Origin: a virus
Direction: 5' to 3' (one strand)
Length of the DNA: 32,086 bases
Virus record (IMG/VR): IMGVR_UViG_3300045988_121667
Location: 1-32,086 of that record
The notes beneath the pieces are model-generated. The model did not search any database and had not been told where the DNA came from. It saw nothing but the letters and a program-made list of their open reading frames with translations. Below, one piece after another: positions 14,879 to 24,888 of this stretch; the first letter of the stretch is position 1; each line of letters starts with the position of its first letter. The translations under genes were made by a program, and so were the position numbers.

Positions 14879-15562
14879 ATGGACCGCGCGCATGGACAAT
14901 ATCCATTGGCCACGCACGCATTAAACCGAATAACAATCATGGCAGGAAGAACAAAGAAAGAAGCCGTCCCCGATACGAAAAAGGAAATCAAGAAGGGCCA
15001 GGCGACCGGGAAGCCCCCGAAGGCAAAGGATGAAATCAAGGCCTGCACACAACTTTATGAGGTTGTGCAGACACGAGGCGTGAACGGTGCGACGCTTAAC
15101 AGCATCGACGAGTGTATTAACTATGTGGCCGAGTACATGGACTTCTGTGAGAAGAACCCGTTCATCTCATACGAGATACTGAAAGGTGGCGCATCAGCCG
15201 GGCAGAAAGTCCCGGTAGAGAAGAAACGCGCGCCCTCCGTCGGCGGTTTCTGCCTTTTCATAGGCTGGTCCATAAAGGACTTCAATAAGAACATGGGGAA
15301 GCTGGAGAAGGCCTCCGAGACGAACCCCGATGCCGGGAACCTTCTACTCGGTTACACCCTGATAAAGGAGCTCATAACGACCGAGATGGACGAAGCGGCT
15401 CTTGCCGGGGTGGTGGATGCCAACTACATGGCGAAACTACGAGGGTTGCGAGACCTTAAGGACATTACGAGCAATGGCAAGGAGGCAGGCACGAAGGCCA
15501 TGCAGGTCAATGTGCTTTCCGAGGACGCCGTCAAGAACCTACAGAAGTTAGGGGGTATCTGA
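14879..15562 (+). CDS. terS: Terminase small subunit
   Basis: Sits immediately upstream of TerL and overlaps it (TGATG). Basic N-terminus, then FCEKNPF...PSVGGFCLFIGWSIKDFNKN, which resembles the TerS HTH region. The start is uncertain (ATG 14879 or ATG 14939, MAGRTKKE...). Confidence 0.7.
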   Translation: MDRAHGQYPLATHALNRITIMAGRTKKEAVPDTKKEIKKGQATGKPPKAKDEIKACTQLYEVVQTRGVNGATLNSIDECINYVAEYMDFCEKNPFISYEILKGGASAGQKVPVEKKRAPSVGGFCLFIGWSIKDFNKNMGKLEKASETNPDAGNLLLGYTLIKELITTEMDEAALAGVVDANYMAKLRGLRDLKDITSNGKEAGTKAMQVNVLSEDAVKNLQKLGGI

Positions 15563-16707
15563 TGAATGTGACATATACATTTGAAAAGCTATTGGCGGCT
15601 TTCGTCGACCCCCGGATACGCGGTGTCGCATCAAAGGGCGGCACGCGTTCCGGCAAGACATGGGCGACGCTCCAGATGCTTCATCTGCTTTGCTCCACTG
15701 CGGAAAAGCCCCTTATCGTTTCGTGCGTCGCCGCTACGCTTCCCATGGTGAAACGGGGCATGCAGCGGGACTTCAGACAGATGCTGGCAGCCGAGGGCGT
15801 ATGGGATGAGAATTCGTTCAACAAGACCGAGGGGTGTTACACATACCCCAACGGCTGCATGATAGAGTTCTTTGGCGTCGATAACGCCTCGAAGGTGCAC
15901 GGCCCCGCACGTGATATCCTGTTCGTCAATGAGGCACAGAGCATACCGCGTGAAATCTTCAGGCAGCTCGACATCCGTACACGTAAGAAGGTCATTATCG
16001 ACTTCAACCCGGTACGTAAGTTCTGGGGTGAGACCGAGTTCGTAGGGGACCGATACGTAACCATCCATTCAACCTACAAGGATAACCCGTACCTAACCAA
16101 GGAGCAGGTGGGCGCCATCGAGAATAACAGGAACGACGCCAACTGGTGGCGTGTCTACGGTGAGGGCGAGACGGGCGGCGTAGAGGGCAACGTATATCCC
16201 AGCTACGAAGTCATCGACGAACTGCCCGAAACGTTCACCGGGCGATGTATCGGGCTTGACTTCGGTTTCGTTAAGGACCCGACGGCCATTGTCGATATAC
16301 GCTTCGAGGGCCGGGACCTGTACGTCGACCTGCTTTGCTACGAGACGGGTCTGCTTAACAGCGCCATCGCGGACTACCTGACGGACCAGGGGCTCAACCG
16401 CGTCGTCACCGTGTGCGATAGTGCAGAGCAGAAGAGTATCGTGGAGCTACAGCAAAGACATATCAAGGCGATACCGTGTGTCAAGGGGCGCGGCTCGATA
16501 TCGGCCGGTATCGCCCAGGTATCACAGTTCAAACTGCACGTAACGAAACGCAGCGCCAAGATGCTGGACGAGTTGGACAATTACAAGTTCATCAAGGACG
16601 AAGCGACGGACACGTACACCAATGAACCCATAGACGCCTGGAACCACTCTCTCGACGCCTTGCGTTATGGCGTGGATTACCTCATACGTAAATACCGCCC
16701 CAAATAG
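15562..16707 (+). CDS. terL: Terminase large subunit (PBSX/XtmB-like)
   Basis: Walker A KGGTRSGKTWA, Walker B ILFVNEAQS, and a C-terminal RNase H-like nuclease region IGLDFGFVKDPTAIV ... DALRYG. Confidence 0.88.
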   Translation: MNVTYTFEKLLAAFVDPRIRGVASKGGTRSGKTWATLQMLHLLCSTAEKPLIVSCVAATLPMVKRGMQRDFRQMLAAEGVWDENSFNKTEGCYTYPNGCMIEFFGVDNASKVHGPARDILFVNEAQSIPREIFRQLDIRTRKKVIIDFNPVRKFWGETEFVGDRYVTIHSTYKDNPYLTKEQVGAIENNRNDANWWRVYGEGETGGVEGNVYPSYEVIDELPETFTGRCIGLDFGFVKDPTAIVDIRFEGRDLYVDLLCYETGLLNSAIADYLTDQGLNRVVTVCDSAEQKSIVELQQRHIKAIPCVKGRGSISAGIAQVSQFKLHVTKRSAKMLDELDNYKFIKDEATDTYTNEPIDAWNHSLDALRYGVDYLIRKYRPK

Positions 16708-16796
16708 CATCTGCCTGCCCGCTACGGGCTTTTCTCCCCCTCCGATAGTGGGTAACTACTAACCGCGACAAGGAAGGTCGCTTAAAACGCTTTAAA

Positions 16797-17411
16797 ATGA
16801 AGAATTTACTTTTCAGACTATCTTTCAAGATTGCCAATATCCGTAATCGCTCCGCCATGCTGCGTATCGCGAACATGCCAGCGGACGGCACGGTGCGAAT
16901 GACACGGGACGAGGAACGTTTGCTCAAGGACCTAATCAGATACCTTAGGCCTTCCCAGGTTGCAACCCGTAACGGCAAGGCAGTGTACCGCCTTAAGGAC
17001 ATCGAGGAAATCGGTCTATGGGCTGTCCTTGAAACACGAAGGGCCGAGGACGCGTTAGAACGTATCAAGGCATGGACCGATGATAACTACGAACCCGTTA
17101 CCGTCGTGGACGCTGTGAAACTCGACAAATTCATAGTAAGGCAGTTGGAAATCGCAGACGGACTGGAGCAGGTCATATTCCAAAACATGCACGGCAAAGG
17201 CGGTGAAAGCGCACTGACCGGGGACGAGAATATCAGGCAGGCAAAGAACCTTCTCGGACTTGTGCAGGTGACAGCCGAGCTTTTCCACTGTAGCTTTGAC
17301 GAAGCGAAGCAAATCAACTACTCGGATGCCATGCTGGCAATCGCCAAACGTAACGACGAGATAGAGAAAGAGAAACGTGAATTAAAGAAACAACAATCTA
17401 AAAACCGTTAG
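16797..17411 (+). CDS. Hypothetical protein (204 aa)
   Basis: ORF in the track, in the morphogenesis module. Coiled-coil-like basic C-terminus. No motif recognised. Confidence 0.6.
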   Translation: MKNLLFRLSFKIANIRNRSAMLRIANMPADGTVRMTRDEERLLKDLIRYLRPSQVATRNGKAVYRLKDIEEIGLWAVLETRRAEDALERIKAWTDDNYEPVTVVDAVKLDKFIVRQLEIADGLEQVIFQNMHGKGGESALTGDENIRQAKNLLGLVQVTAELFHCSFDEAKQINYSDAMLAIAKRNDEIEKEKRELKKQQSKNR

Positions 17412-17414
17412 CAT

Positions 17415-17816
17415 ATGACCTTTGAAACAATCTACAATACAGCGAATACACGTGCGGCAGCCTTAGGGCATCCGCTGGTGTTCGGAGATACCGCAGTACA
17501 GAACGTAGCGGCTAACAGTCTATCGGTGGACTTCTTCACCCTGGACATAACCACGGGCTTCTATAACGACGTGAACGTACCGAGAAGCAACGGCTATACT
17601 ATCGTAATACGCTGTATGGGCGTATCGCAGTACATGCGCGATGATGCCGTAGAGATTGAGACGCTGATACGCACAGACCGCCTGATACATGAGATGTTGG
17701 CACCGTTCGTGTGCGGTTACGAGATTGGCTCCATTCGCTTGTCGAAAGTGCAGAATCAGTATGATAGCATAAAATCGGGATGGGAGGCCGTTCTGGATGT
17801 CTACAAATTCGGTTAA
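17415..17816 (+). CDS. Hypothetical virion-module protein (133 aa)
   Basis: ORF in the track, 3 nt after the previous stop. No motif recognised. Confidence 0.6.
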   Translation: MTFETIYNTANTRAAALGHPLVFGDTAVQNVAANSLSVDFFTLDITTGFYNDVNVPRSNGYTIVIRCMGVSQYMRDDAVEIETLIRTDRLIHEMLAPFVCGYEIGSIRLSKVQNQYDSIKSGWEAVLDVYKFG

Positions 17817-17854
17817 CAGACTTAACGCAGCTTGTTTCGTAGCCATATACTACG

Positions 17855-17862
17855 TACTTTTG
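17855..17862 (+). promoter_or_regulatory. Bacteroidota-type -7 promoter box TActTTTG
   Basis: Exact TAnnTTTG match in the 79-bp gap, 34 nt upstream of ATG 17896. Confidence 0.45.
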
Positions 17863-17895
17863 TGCGTCGTTAACTAATGAGCGGCGCATGAAATT

Positions 17896-18240
17896 ATGAA
17901 GATTATCAGAAACAAGTTTATCCCCTTCAAGGGTTTCAAGGCCATTAACCTCTTTGGCGTGCTGTTCGTCCGCGGTAACGCCTATATCAGTGAAAAGACC
18001 ATAAGGCACGAAAGCATCCACACCAAACAGATGCGCGAAATGCTTTATGTGCCTTTCTATCTTTGGTACGGCATTGAGTGGGTGATACGTTACTTTGCAT
18101 GGAGCTTTGAAAAGAAGCCGTGCGACCCGAACGACAAGCCATATGATAGAATGGGCTTCGAGAAGGAGGCGTACGCCAACGACCACGATACCGAATACCT
18201 AAAGAACCGTAAACCGTACGCGTGGTTTAAATACCTGTAA
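17896..18240 (+). CDS. Small HExxH-motif protein (putative zinc metallopeptidase-like)
   Basis: 114 aa. It has a single HESIH (HExxH) motif followed by an aromatic hydrophobic stretch LYVPFYLWYGIEWVIRYFAW. It has its own promoter-like box. Confidence 0.55.
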   Translation: MKIIRNKFIPFKGFKAINLFGVLFVRGNAYISEKTIRHESIHTKQMREMLYVPFYLWYGIEWVIRYFAWSFEKKPCDPNDKPYDRMGFEKEAYANDHDTEYLKNRKPYAWFKYL

Positions 18241-18243
18241 ATC

Positions 18244-18678
18244 ATGAACAGCGAAGTAGTACAAGCGGTTAAGAAGATTCGTGATGAGATTGTAGCCAAC
18301 TACTACGCTATGAAGCTGAATGCCTCGGGTAACTTCGATAAGCAAACACAGGTCGAGGAATATCCCGGTGGCGTTCGTATTGTAGCCCCAGCGTACATCT
18401 ATCAGATGGAGGACGGACGCAGACCCGGCACAATGCCGCCCATATCCGCTATCAGGCGATGGATTAAGGACAAGAACGCGAACGCCGGCACGGACATACC
18501 CGAAGAAGCCGCCTACGCGATTGCCTATGTGATTAAAAGGGACGGTATCAAGGTACCTAACGAATACAACGCGGGGGGCGTAGCAAGTAAGATATTAACC
18601 CCCGAACTTATCAAGCGCGTAACGGTGGAAGTTAACCGTATTATCAGCGCGGAGATATTAACAATTTTAAAGAAATAG
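18244..18678 (+). CDS. Hypothetical virion-module protein (144 aa)
   Basis: ORF in the track, tightly spaced. No motif recognised. Confidence 0.6.
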   Translation: MNSEVVQAVKKIRDEIVANYYAMKLNASGNFDKQTQVEEYPGGVRIVAPAYIYQMEDGRRPGTMPPISAIRRWIKDKNANAGTDIPEEAAYAIAYVIKRDGIKVPNEYNAGGVASKILTPELIKRVTVEVNRIISAEILTILKK

Positions 18679-18682
18679 CACA

Positions 18683-19690
18683 ATGATAGTACGAGATTTA
18701 ATAGCGAATGCGACGGTAACGGCTGCCGGGACGCTTAATGTAGGCAGCATATCACCGGGCATATACCGCCCCATACGCTTCGAGCAAACGGGTACGGTCA
18801 CTTCCATCTTCTTACGGTATTCCCGTAATGGTGCGGGTATGGCAGACGCTAAGATAGTACCTTACGAAAACTCCATAGTTGACCTCAGTTCATTGGCGGT
18901 TCTCTATCCATCCGTAGCGGAAGCCACTATGAACACGAGTGGGGGTGGGGGCTTCGCCGATATGGTGGCGGTTAACTACGTGGAGGGCGGGGTGAGTAAA
19001 TCCTTAAGCCTGCGCGTTATTAACGTAGCTTCAAAGAACTCCCGGTTCGCCAAGGCAGCATATTCAGGCGGGCTATCCGATTATGCAAACGGGAAGTTCA
19101 ACGCGCTGGACTTTGCGCTGACTAAAAAGTCTCCCTTGACGGGTGAGCCTTTCCTCTATAAAGTCATATACGGGCAAACGAGCGTTGACGATAAAATAAG
19201 ATTCGGCCCGGTGGGCGGGTCCCCGACTGGATATTGGGCGAACGGACTCTCACAGGTGAACCCCACAGCAGACCGCCAGTTTTTTCTTCCCTCGTCTACG
19301 GATAGCTGGGGTTACGTGCGATTTGAAAAGAAATACCCATATTGCCCCAACTCAAAGAAGCGCGTTACGCTTCGTTGGCTTAACTCATACGGCCTTTTCG
19401 ATTCAATGTATTTCGACCAATACCGTATAATGCCGAACTACCTCATTAACTATTCGGGCGGTAATCGCATACTATCGTACGAGGTCACAGTAGGCACGGC
19501 GGTAACAGCCGATAACGAAAAGGCATTGCTACAGTTATCACGCACAACGGACGTTGCGGGGGTATTCCCCATCGATACCACACAGTGGGCACGTGTTACG
19601 ATTATGAACCCGACCGCGTTCAACGCACAAGGCGGCGCACTTGGCAGGGCGGTTAACTTTAAATGCAAGTTTGAAATAGTAGAACCCTAG
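18683..19690 (+). CDS. Hypothetical structural protein (335 aa), possibly tail/baseplate
   Basis: ORF in the track. Ser/Thr/Gly/Asn-rich composition suggests a beta-rich structural protein. Adjacent to the tape-measure-like gene cluster. Confidence 0.55.
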   Translation: MIVRDLIANATVTAAGTLNVGSISPGIYRPIRFEQTGTVTSIFLRYSRNGAGMADAKIVPYENSIVDLSSLAVLYPSVAEATMNTSGGGGFADMVAVNYVEGGVSKSLSLRVINVASKNSRFAKAAYSGGLSDYANGKFNALDFALTKKSPLTGEPFLYKVIYGQTSVDDKIRFGPVGGSPTGYWANGLSQVNPTADRQFFLPSSTDSWGYVRFEKKYPYCPNSKKRVTLRWLNSYGLFDSMYFDQYRIMPNYLINYSGGNRILSYEVTVGTAVTADNEKALLQLSRTTDVAGVFPIDTTQWARVTIMNPTAFNAQGGALGRAVNFKCKFEIVEP

Positions 19691-19694
19691 GATA

Positions 19695-21302
19695 ATGGAA
19701 GTACAGATAAGAATAAACGGTGTGTTGTTGGAGGGCGTAGCGCCCGGTGCGGTTAAGCTTACCATCAACAACCCCGACCCTATTAAGTTTTCCGAGCGCA
19801 CTGTAAGCTATTCGGGAAGCATCACTGTACCCAGGTCACAAGTAAATGACCGGGTGCTAAAGTCCGAGCGCTTCCCGGGTTATTACACACGTACGGCGCC
19901 CTACGTTGCCGAGATTAGTTTTTCGGGGCTTGACGTTCCGTTCGGTGGCGGCCTGTTCCGTGCCCGCGTATCGGCAGACCCGGATAGCTATACGATTGAA
20001 CTGATAGAAACGGTATCGAAGTTATCCACCCTCCGCGCCCCGGTAGTTAATATACCCACCTTTGAAACGCCGGCGTACCAATTTTCGACGTATAGGGATA
20101 GTCTTAATTACGCGTACCCTACCCCGGTAGTCATGCCGAACCTTTATGCGGCTAACGGGACGACGCCCGTACAACTCGCATACGTGGAAAACCGGGTAAC
20201 GAAAACGGCAGGAGATTACAAGGACGCGGAAAGTCAGTTGGTGTTTAAGGGCGCGCATGACGGGCTCAAGGGTTCGGTGTATGCCGCCAATTACATGATA
20301 GCCGAGAATAACGACGTGGCTACGTGCTTCACGTATATGGTAGGCTCTACGTTCGACCTTGAATTCACCCCCGATTCGTTCGTTATCCTACCGTCTTACG
20401 CCCCCGCGACCGTTTACCTACGTAGTAATGGGGGTACGTTTGCCTTGCCTTTCGCGCGCGGAACGGTACGCCCGGATGGTAATTACCCGTACTACCCGGT
20501 AAACCCTGGCCGTACGTCGTGTATAATAACACCGAGACCGGCGCGAGACTTGAACTTCGGCTTTACGACCTCCGCGGCTTCCATGGTTTACTCTGGTACG
20601 CCTATCACTTCCGTACCTACTACCGAAGCGTATTATATTTCGTTCCACATCAGGGCGGTCGGGTCTCCAGCATATGCCTGGGACTTAGTGCCGACGATGG
20701 GGCTGAATACTCCGTTCGATATCGTGCAGGCGTTTTGCAAAGCGTTTTGCTGGACCTATGAATTTCAGTCCGAACCGTTTTCGTTGACCCTTAAGCCGTT
20801 CATAAACCCGTCTACCTCGTCGACGTATAGGATTAACTGGACCGGGAAGATAGACACAAGTACGGTTAAGGTGTCCGAAGCGGAAGGGGCGGCACGAACA
20901 TACGCGGTTAAGGTAGGCGAATTAACGCAAACCGTGGGCGGCTATGGCGGTGCGATAGCCACACAGGAGACAGCAGGAGAGAGTAATTTCCCGGTCAACC
21001 CTGGGGGGCCTAAACCATACGCCTCCATGATACGGGCAAGCGGTTCGAGCTGGATTCCTGATAACTACTTCAACCGTGCCGGTGGTTACCGCGCTACGAT
21101 AGACGGGCATTACGAAAGGTTTTCCCCAGGCTGGCAAGTAACGGCAAAGATGCGATTAACGTATTTTGACATTAAGAACATGAAGTCTGACGCGCTGTAT
21201 TACGTCGACGAGTTGGGCGCTTGGTTCTATCTTAGGACTATTAGCAGTTGGGACGCGTCAACGGGCACGGCTAACGTTACATTAATAGCCGTTAACAATT
21301 AA
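19695..21302 (+). CDS. Hypothetical structural protein (535 aa), possibly tail tip/receptor-binding
   Basis: ORF in the track. Large, beta-rich, Pro/Thr/Tyr-rich composition. Immediately upstream of the tape-measure-like gene. Confidence 0.55.
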   Translation: MEVQIRINGVLLEGVAPGAVKLTINNPDPIKFSERTVSYSGSITVPRSQVNDRVLKSERFPGYYTRTAPYVAEISFSGLDVPFGGGLFRARVSADPDSYTIELIETVSKLSTLRAPVVNIPTFETPAYQFSTYRDSLNYAYPTPVVMPNLYAANGTTPVQLAYVENRVTKTAGDYKDAESQLVFKGAHDGLKGSVYAANYMIAENNDVATCFTYMVGSTFDLEFTPDSFVILPSYAPATVYLRSNGGTFALPFARGTVRPDGNYPYYPVNPGRTSCIITPRPARDLNFGFTTSAASMVYSGTPITSVPTTEAYYISFHIRAVGSPAYAWDLVPTMGLNTPFDIVQAFCKAFCWTYEFQSEPFSLTLKPFINPSTSSTYRINWTGKIDTSTVKVSEAEGAARTYAVKVGELTQTVGGYGGAIATQETAGESNFPVNPGGPKPYASMIRASGSSWIPDNYFNRAGGYRATIDGHYERFSPGWQVTAKMRLTYFDIKNMKSDALYYVDELGAWFYLRTISSWDASTGTANVTLIAVNN

Positions 21303-21314
21303 AAAACAAAAATT

Positions 21315-23816
21315 ATGGCCGAACAAGTTACATTATTAGACCTTTCTTTCGATACCTCCGAAGCGCTTGACGGGCTGGATGCGTTAATCGCTAAGTCGCT
21401 TGAACTGGCAGAGACAAAGAAGTCTTTGCAAAGCGCGTTGAAGGACGAGAAAAAGCAGTTGGACGAGGCAGGAAAGGCGTTCAAATCGGGTAGCATATCG
21501 CAGGACGAATATAGGAAGGCCGTTTCCGATTCGACTAAGACCCAGGTAGAGTTAACAAAACAGTTAACAGATACCAATAAGTCTATATCGGACAATAACG
21601 CGGCTATCAAGGTAAACACTACGCTGTTATCCAGTCAAGAGGACAGCGTAGACGCCTTACGCGCACAATTGGCAAAGAACACCAAGGAGTTAAACGCCAT
21701 GAGTGCGGCAACCCGTAACAATACGGACGAGGGAAAAGCGCTTGTTACCGAGACGAAAGAGATATCCGACCGTCTTAAGGAGATGGAAACGGCGGTGGGA
21801 GATAACCGACGGAACGTGGGTAACTATGCAGAGAGCGTACAAGAAGCGTTAAGCAGCACGCAGGGGCTTTCGGGGGCTACCGGTTCGCTTGTTTCCTCCC
21901 TGAATATCGGTACACAGGGTTTCAAGGCGTTCACGGCCGTAGTGAAGGCAAACCCGTTGTCGGCTATCATCTCGCTTGTTCTTCTTCTCGCTTCCACCAT
22001 CGAAAAGCTGGTGAAACGTAACAGTGAGGCGGCCGCGGCCCTTAAGGCGGCATTCGCGCCCTTTGAAGTTATATTCTCGCGAATACTTGACGGTGTTACC
22101 AATATGTTAACGGGCATTGCAGAGGCGTTCACGTGGATAAGTGACAAGGTTGTAGCGCTTCTTTCGTCTATCGGTGCAATCTCCGAGGAAACGACGAAGG
22201 CAGCGAAGGCGGCTAAAGAGCTGTCTCAACAAGAATTGGCGATATACGAGGCAGAAACAGATAACCTTGTTACCGTTTCCGCGATGCGTAGAGAGTTGGA
22301 GGCGCAAAAGACACTTGTAGGAGACCAGCTAAAGAGCATGAAAGACCGAAACGCAGCAGCGCAAAGGGGCCTTGCCATCCTTAAGCAGATGGAAGCCGCG
22401 GAAGTCGGTGTGCTGAAACAAAAGTATGAGCAAATCAAGGCGCAAAACGAGTTAAGTTATACGTCCAAAGAGGACAGACGCGCGGAAATGCAAGCCCTTG
22501 CAGACCTTCAAAGCAAGCAAGCCGAATATATCTCACAGCGTAAGGAGCTGGAAAACCAGGCAAGCGGATTGGTAGCCCAGCAGAACGCAAAGAACGCAGC
22601 GGACTTTAAAGCCAGCGAGGAGAAGAAAGCGGCCGCGGCTATAAAGGCAGCGCAGGATGCGGAAAAAGCGAAGCGGGAATTGCAAGAACAGACCATCAAA
22701 CAGTTCGAGGAAGCGCGTACCAAGTTAGAACTATCTTTGCAGGAGAAGGAAATAGGGAATGACAGCATAAAACTTAAGCTTGAAAACGAAAAGGCATACG
22801 TGGAGGAGAGTCTAAAGCTTGAGCGTTACAGACTGGAGCAGGGTTTAATATCGCAGCAGGAGTTTGCGAACCGGGAACAGGCGTTCCAGTTAGGTGTGCT
22901 CCAGTTGGAACAACAGATGCGCGAAGAACAGGACCGTACCGAAAAGGAAAGGAAAGCGCTTGACGCGGCGAACCTACGCGAATTGCAGATGGCTAACATA
23001 ACGAACGAATACGAGTTAAGGCAAGCCACATTGGATGCCCAATACGCCCAGGAGATAGCAGCGGCCGAGAAGATAGGAGCGGATACGGCCCTCATCCAAT
23101 CGAAGTACGAGAAGGCTAAGGAGGACAACACGAAGGCACGCGTTAATGCCGAGTTGACTATGACGGCAGGTCTCGCAGGACAGATGTCTAGTTTGCTGGG
23201 CGAGGAGAGTGCTGTCGGTAAGGCGTTCGGTGTGGTTCAAGCAACCATTAACACTTATATCGGTGCTACTAAGGCGCTGGCACAAGGCGGTATTCTTGGT
23301 ATCGCACAAGCCGCTATTGTCATTGCTTTCGGTATGAAACAGGTTGCAAGCATCGCCAAACAGAAAGAACCCGATACAAAGGTAAGCAGCGTTAAGAAGT
23401 ACGCAAAGGGCGGTCAGATATTCGGTAAGTCTCACGCACAGGGCGGTGTGACATTCCGGGGCGATAACGGGCAGGTGTTCGAGGCCGAAGGAGGCGAGAA
23501 CGTTTACATCATGAAGAAGTCCGCCAGTGCAGAGATTAACGCCCTATCAGCCATTAACGAAGCGCACGGAGGTAACTCTTTCGGTACATCCGGGCTTTAC
23601 AAGTTTGCTGATGGCGGTATGGCCGCAAGCATCTCCGAAGCAAACCGAATGGTTAGACAGTCCGATAACGTGCGCCTATCGAGCGAAAGCATTAACCAAC
23701 TGGCGGGAGTCGTTATCGACGCGGTTATGAGCATGCCTAACCCGGTTGTATCGGTGCAGGACATCAACGCAGGACAAAATGACGTGGCGGTAGTCAGGGA
23801 ATTTGCGACTTTCTAA
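21315..23816 (+). CDS. Tape-measure-like protein (or large internal virion protein)
   Basis: 833 aa. Long Ala/Lys/Glu/Gln coiled-coil segments. Two hydrophobic segments (LSAIISLVLLLASTI, GGILGIAQAAIVIAFGM). Gly-rich C-terminal region KGGQIFGKSHAQGGVTFRGDNGQVFEAEGGENVY. Confidence 0.6.
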   Translation: MAEQVTLLDLSFDTSEALDGLDALIAKSLELAETKKSLQSALKDEKKQLDEAGKAFKSGSISQDEYRKAVSDSTKTQVELTKQLTDTNKSISDNNAAIKVNTTLLSSQEDSVDALRAQLAKNTKELNAMSAATRNNTDEGKALVTETKEISDRLKEMETAVGDNRRNVGNYAESVQEALSSTQGLSGATGSLVSSLNIGTQGFKAFTAVVKANPLSAIISLVLLLASTIEKLVKRNSEAAAALKAAFAPFEVIFSRILDGVTNMLTGIAEAFTWISDKVVALLSSIGAISEETTKAAKAAKELSQQELAIYEAETDNLVTVSAMRRELEAQKTLVGDQLKSMKDRNAAAQRGLAILKQMEAAEVGVLKQKYEQIKAQNELSYTSKEDRRAEMQALADLQSKQAEYISQRKELENQASGLVAQQNAKNAADFKASEEKKAAAAIKAAQDAEKAKRELQEQTIKQFEEARTKLELSLQEKEIGNDSIKLKLENEKAYVEESLKLERYRLEQGLISQQEFANREQAFQLGVLQLEQQMREEQDRTEKERKALDAANLRELQMANITNEYELRQATLDAQYAQEIAAAEKIGADTALIQSKYEKAKEDNTKARVNAELTMTAGLAGQMSSLLGEESAVGKAFGVVQATINTYIGATKALAQGGILGIAQAAIVIAFGMKQVASIAKQKEPDTKVSSVKKYAKGGQIFGKSHAQGGVTFRGDNGQVFEAEGGENVYIMKKSASAEINALSAINEAHGGNSFGTSGLYKFADGGMAASISEANRMVRQSDNVRLSSESINQLAGVVIDAVMSMPNPVVSVQDINAGQNDVAVVREFATF

Positions 23817-23860
23817 TATTAATCAACTCGTGCAGAGATGGTGCATGCGACAAGAGGCGC

Positions 23861-23868
23861 TATATTTG
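23861..23868 (+). promoter_or_regulatory. Bacteroidota-type -7 promoter box TAtaTTTG
   Basis: Exact TAnnTTTG match 27 nt upstream of ATG 23895 and inside the N-terminal extension of the track ORF (ATG 23838). Confidence 0.4.
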
Positions 23869-23894
23869 CACGGGTTACAACAAAAACAATTCTT

Positions 23895-24866
23895 ATGAAA
23901 TTTAAAAGGCTTAGAATTATTCAAGCCGGGTTAACGACCAACTTTGGGATGTACGAGGGTGGGGAATACCCCCTTTCTATTACGGACACGGCAGTTAAAA
24001 GCGTTGTAGCGCTCGGAAACCTTAAACCGGTCCATTGCAGGCGTACCCACAACGGTAGCGATATGCTGGACGGCTATTTAGGCAAATTTACCAATTTCGT
24101 TTATGAGAACGGTGCGGCTTTTGCAGACCTCGAGATGTCCGAAGCACTCGAAACGGCCTACCCGAACGAAGCGAAGTTTATCGCAACCATGATTGAAAAA
24201 GAACCCGATATGTTGGGTGTTTCAGTAGTTGGTTGCAATTCGGTAGAATTGAATGACGGTATTCTTGACGTTACCGAATTTGTAGAACTGTATTCATGTG
24301 ATTTAGTGGGGCTTCCAGCCGCCACGGAAAGTCTTTTTAATAACAATAAAACAGAGAAAAAAATGAACAAATTTTTCAGCTCGTTTGCAAACCTGTTTCA
24401 GAAGACGCAGTTTGCAACGGAAACAGTAGAAACCGTGGATGGTAATAGCATTACTATCGAGGCGGCTGGTGATGTGATGGCTATTGGTGATAAGGTCTTT
24501 GACAGCGAAGGCAACGTCCACCCGGATGGAGAAGTACAGATTCAAGTTGAGGAGGGTATTTTGGTCATCACGATTGAAAACGGAGTGATTACCGAGGTTA
24601 AGCCCTACGAGGCAGAAGACCCCGAGAAAGTGGCAGTAGAACCCGAAACCGCAGTGGTACCCGAAGAATTCGTAAACCGCATCGCAGCGCTTGAAACATC
24701 TATCGCAACGTTGACCGCCTCGGTGGCCGCAATGACCGCACAGTTTAGCCGTGCAACAGCGAAACCCGGTGTTCCCCAGGTAAATATTCCGAAGGACAAG
24801 AAGAAAGGAACAGCCCTTAGCCGAGACGCGGTGGCCGAAGCGGCAAAGAGATTCTACAAAAAATAA
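23895..24866 (+). CDS. Scaffolding-like protein (possibly protease-scaffold fusion)
   Basis: Directly upstream of the capsid-like gene. Acidic middle region (EAEDPEKVAVEPETAVVPEE) and a C-terminal coiled coil IAALETSIATLTASVAAMTAQF. Alternative start at ATG 23838. Confidence 0.45.
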   Translation: MKFKRLRIIQAGLTTNFGMYEGGEYPLSITDTAVKSVVALGNLKPVHCRRTHNGSDMLDGYLGKFTNFVYENGAAFADLEMSEALETAYPNEAKFIATMIEKEPDMLGVSVVGCNSVELNDGILDVTEFVELYSCDLVGLPAATESLFNNNKTEKKMNKFFSSFANLFQKTQFATETVETVDGNSITIEAAGDVMAIGDKVFDSEGNVHPDGEVQIQVEEGILVITIENGVITEVKPYEAEDPEKVAVEPETAVVPEEFVNRIAALETSIATLTASVAAMTAQFSRATAKPGVPQVNIPKDKKKGTALSRDAVAEAAKRFYKK

Positions 24867-24888
24867 CAAACAAAAAAATTAAGAAATT

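Noticed and set aside
16717-16733. Terminator after terL (GCCCG-cta-CGGGC followed by TTTT).
   Set aside because: The stem is only 5 bp with a 3-nt loop and a short interrupted T-run. This is too weak to call and it may be fortuitous.
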